A DNA stretch of 13,313 bases from a virus. Lineage: Duplodnaviria > Heunggongvirae > Uroviricota > Caudoviricetes. This document shows positions 11,853 to 13,313 of this stretch, piece by piece. A model generated the notes under the pieces. That model made no database searches. It saw only the letters and a list, made by a program, of their open reading frames with translations, and had not been told where the DNA came from. The DNA lies in IMG/VR virus record IMGVR_UViG_2703718794_000005. One strand, written 5' to 3'. Position numbers and translations under genes: made by a program. The first letter of the stretch is position 1; every line of letters starts with the position of its first letter.

Positions 11853-13313
11853 TTATTCATCTTTCGGCGCAGAATGCTGGCGACCAAAAATCACCTCCAT
11901 CCGCGCACCGCCCAGCATGCTCTCTCCGGCGACGATTTTACCCTCATATTGCTCGGTGATTTCGCGGGCTACCGCCAGCCCTACACCTTGCCCAGGGCGT
12001 AAAGTATCAACCCGTTGACCACGGTCGAAAATGACCTCTCGCTTGCTTAATGGAATACCGGGGCCATCATCCTCGACCACAATATAGAGATGCTCGTCGG
12101 TTTGCCTTGCAGAAATTTCGACAAACTCGAGGCAATATTTACAGGCATTATCCAGCACGTTGCCCATCACCTCGACAAAATCGTTCTGCTCACCGACAAA
12201 GCTGATCTCTGGCGAAATATCGAGAGAGATATTGACCCCTTTGCGTTGATACACTTTGTTCAGCGCTGAGGTGAGATTGTCCAGCAGTGGGGCGACCGGA
12301 TGCAGCTCGCGGCTGAGCAATGTCCCGCCGCGCATACTGGCACGATGCAGGTAGTAGCCAATTTGCTGTGAAATGCGGCTGATTTGCTCCAGCATTACCG
12401 GCTCAGCATCACTGACGCTCATCTTTTCACTACGCAGAGAACGCAGCGTACTTTGCAGCACCGCCAGTGGCGTTTTCAGACTATGGGTCAGGTCGGTGAG
12501 CGTCGTACGGTATTTGTCGTAACGTTCGCGTTCACTTTTTAACAATCGGTTCAGGTTTCGTACCAGACTGGTCAGTTCTCGCGTTGTGGCTGGATTGAGC
12601 AATTCGCGGTTATGTTCTTCCAGTTCGCGGACTTCTTTTGCCAGGGCTTCAATGGGGCGTAAACTCCACCAGGCGGCGACCCACAGCAGCGGGATCACTA
12701 ACAGCAGATTGGCTGAGAGCACATAGATAAACCAGCTCCAGACCATATAGGAACTTTTTAGCTCCACCGGAATGGTATCCACCACCACAATGGTTAATTT
12801 TGGCATCCGCGATGTTGCCGGGTAGACGTTTACTGCCACCGAGTGGGTCATCTCCGCGTCGTCATCATCTTCCCGCACTTCCTGCAACTGTTGCTGTATC
12901 GAATGATCTCCACTCAGCAAGAGGCTGGTATCGTTAACATCCGCTTCAATTTCATGAAAACCATTCGATTTCAGCCAGTCAGGCTGGATCATCTTCATCA
13001 GCCAGGGCACGTCACGTTGCGCCCATAAAAGCTGCCCGTTCTCATCATAAATTAGCGTCATGGTGGGGCTTTGCTTGTCGATATTTTCGGGTAACTCGAC
13101 ATGCAACTTATTGTTTTCCCACTTCGCAAGGGTATAGAACAGATTGCTCTCGCCACGTAACAGCCGAAACGTAGTTTTATCGAAACTGACGCTATAACCG
13201 ATCAGCGCGACCATTCCGTAGGCAAGCGAAAGCACCAGTACTACCGCAGCCGTTGCCAACAGAAAACGTACCCGCAGTGAGAGCGGGAAAAAAAGACGCA
13301 GTAATTTTTTCAT
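11853..13313 (-). CDS. phoQ: Sensor histidine kinase PhoQ (two-component system PhoP/PhoQ), chromosomal
   Basis: 486-aa ORF; full-length match to remembered E. coli PhoQ ([52 protein letters not shown]...); start codon at window end, so phoP presumably lies just beyond 13313. Confidence 0.97.
   Translation of the reverse strand: MKKLLRLFFPLSLRVRFLLATAAVVLVLSLAYGMVALIGYSVSFDKTTFRLLRGESNLFYTLAKWENNKLHVELPENIDKQSPTMTLIYDENGQLLWAQRDVPWLMKMIQPDWLKSNGFHEIEADVNDTSLLLSGDHSIQQQLQEVREDDDDAEMTHSVAVNVYPATSRMPKLTIVVVDTIPVELKSSYMVWSWFIYVLSANLLLVIPLLWVAAWWSLRPIEALAKEVRELEEHNRELLNPATTRELTSLVRNLNRLLKSERERYDKYRTTLTDLTHSLKTPLAVLQSTLRSLRSEKMSVSDAEPVMLEQISRISQQIGYYLHRASMRGGTLLSRELHPVAPLLDNLTSALNKVYQRKGVNISLDISPEISFVGEQNDFVEVMGNVLDNACKYCLEFVEISARQTDEHLYIVVEDDGPGIPLSKREVIFDRGQRVDTLRPGQGVGLAVAREITEQYEGKIVAGESMLGGARMEVIFGRQHSAPKDE

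Noticed and set aside
4986-13313. Antisense or internal ORFs inside confident genes (for example 5086-5337, 5144-5440, 5520-5924, 5918-6202, 6983-7257, 7746-8163, 7955-8152, 8587-8886, 9485-9715, 10038-10414, 10747-11047, 11818-12018, 12843-13028)
   Set aside because: Each lies within or antisense to a longer ORF with clear homology-type signal (Rep ATPase, SSB, capsid, TerS, PhoQ); shadow ORFs.

Overview
The window holds one complete integrated element of about 11.6 kb, bounded by a perfect 21-bp direct repeat (attL core 202-222, attR core 11747-11767) and inserted about 85 bp downstream of the stop codon of the chromosomal sensor-kinase gene phoQ (11853-13313, minus strand; Escherichia-type, recognised from memory). 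The element reads as a phage satellite (P4-like / PICI-like) with four parts. (1) A P4-family tyrosine integrase and an AlpA-like regulator. (2) A regulatory region (2285-3650) of small minus-strand genes arranged as a tandemly duplicated unit, with GTGTTnAACAC operators, a consensus sigma70 promoter overlapped by a palindrome, and two families of conserved structured leader repeats. (3) A replication module: a RecA-fold Rep ATPase/helicase, an AGTGGGGAG iteron origin and an SSB. (4) A lambda-type head/packaging module: gpE-like major capsid protein, gpD-like decoration protein and a Nu1-like small terminase, but no portal, protease, scaffold or large terminase. The most striking structure is the lambda-type cos arrangement: two strong cos sites (cosN = GGGCGGCGACCT) sit in inverted orientation on either side of the small-terminase gene and share a perfect 31-bp inverted repeat, and a third, degenerate cos-like copy lies upstream of the capsid operon. 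All homology calls rest on reading the translations and sequence by eye against remembered lambda/P4 sequences; no database search was possible, so novelty cannot be asserted.
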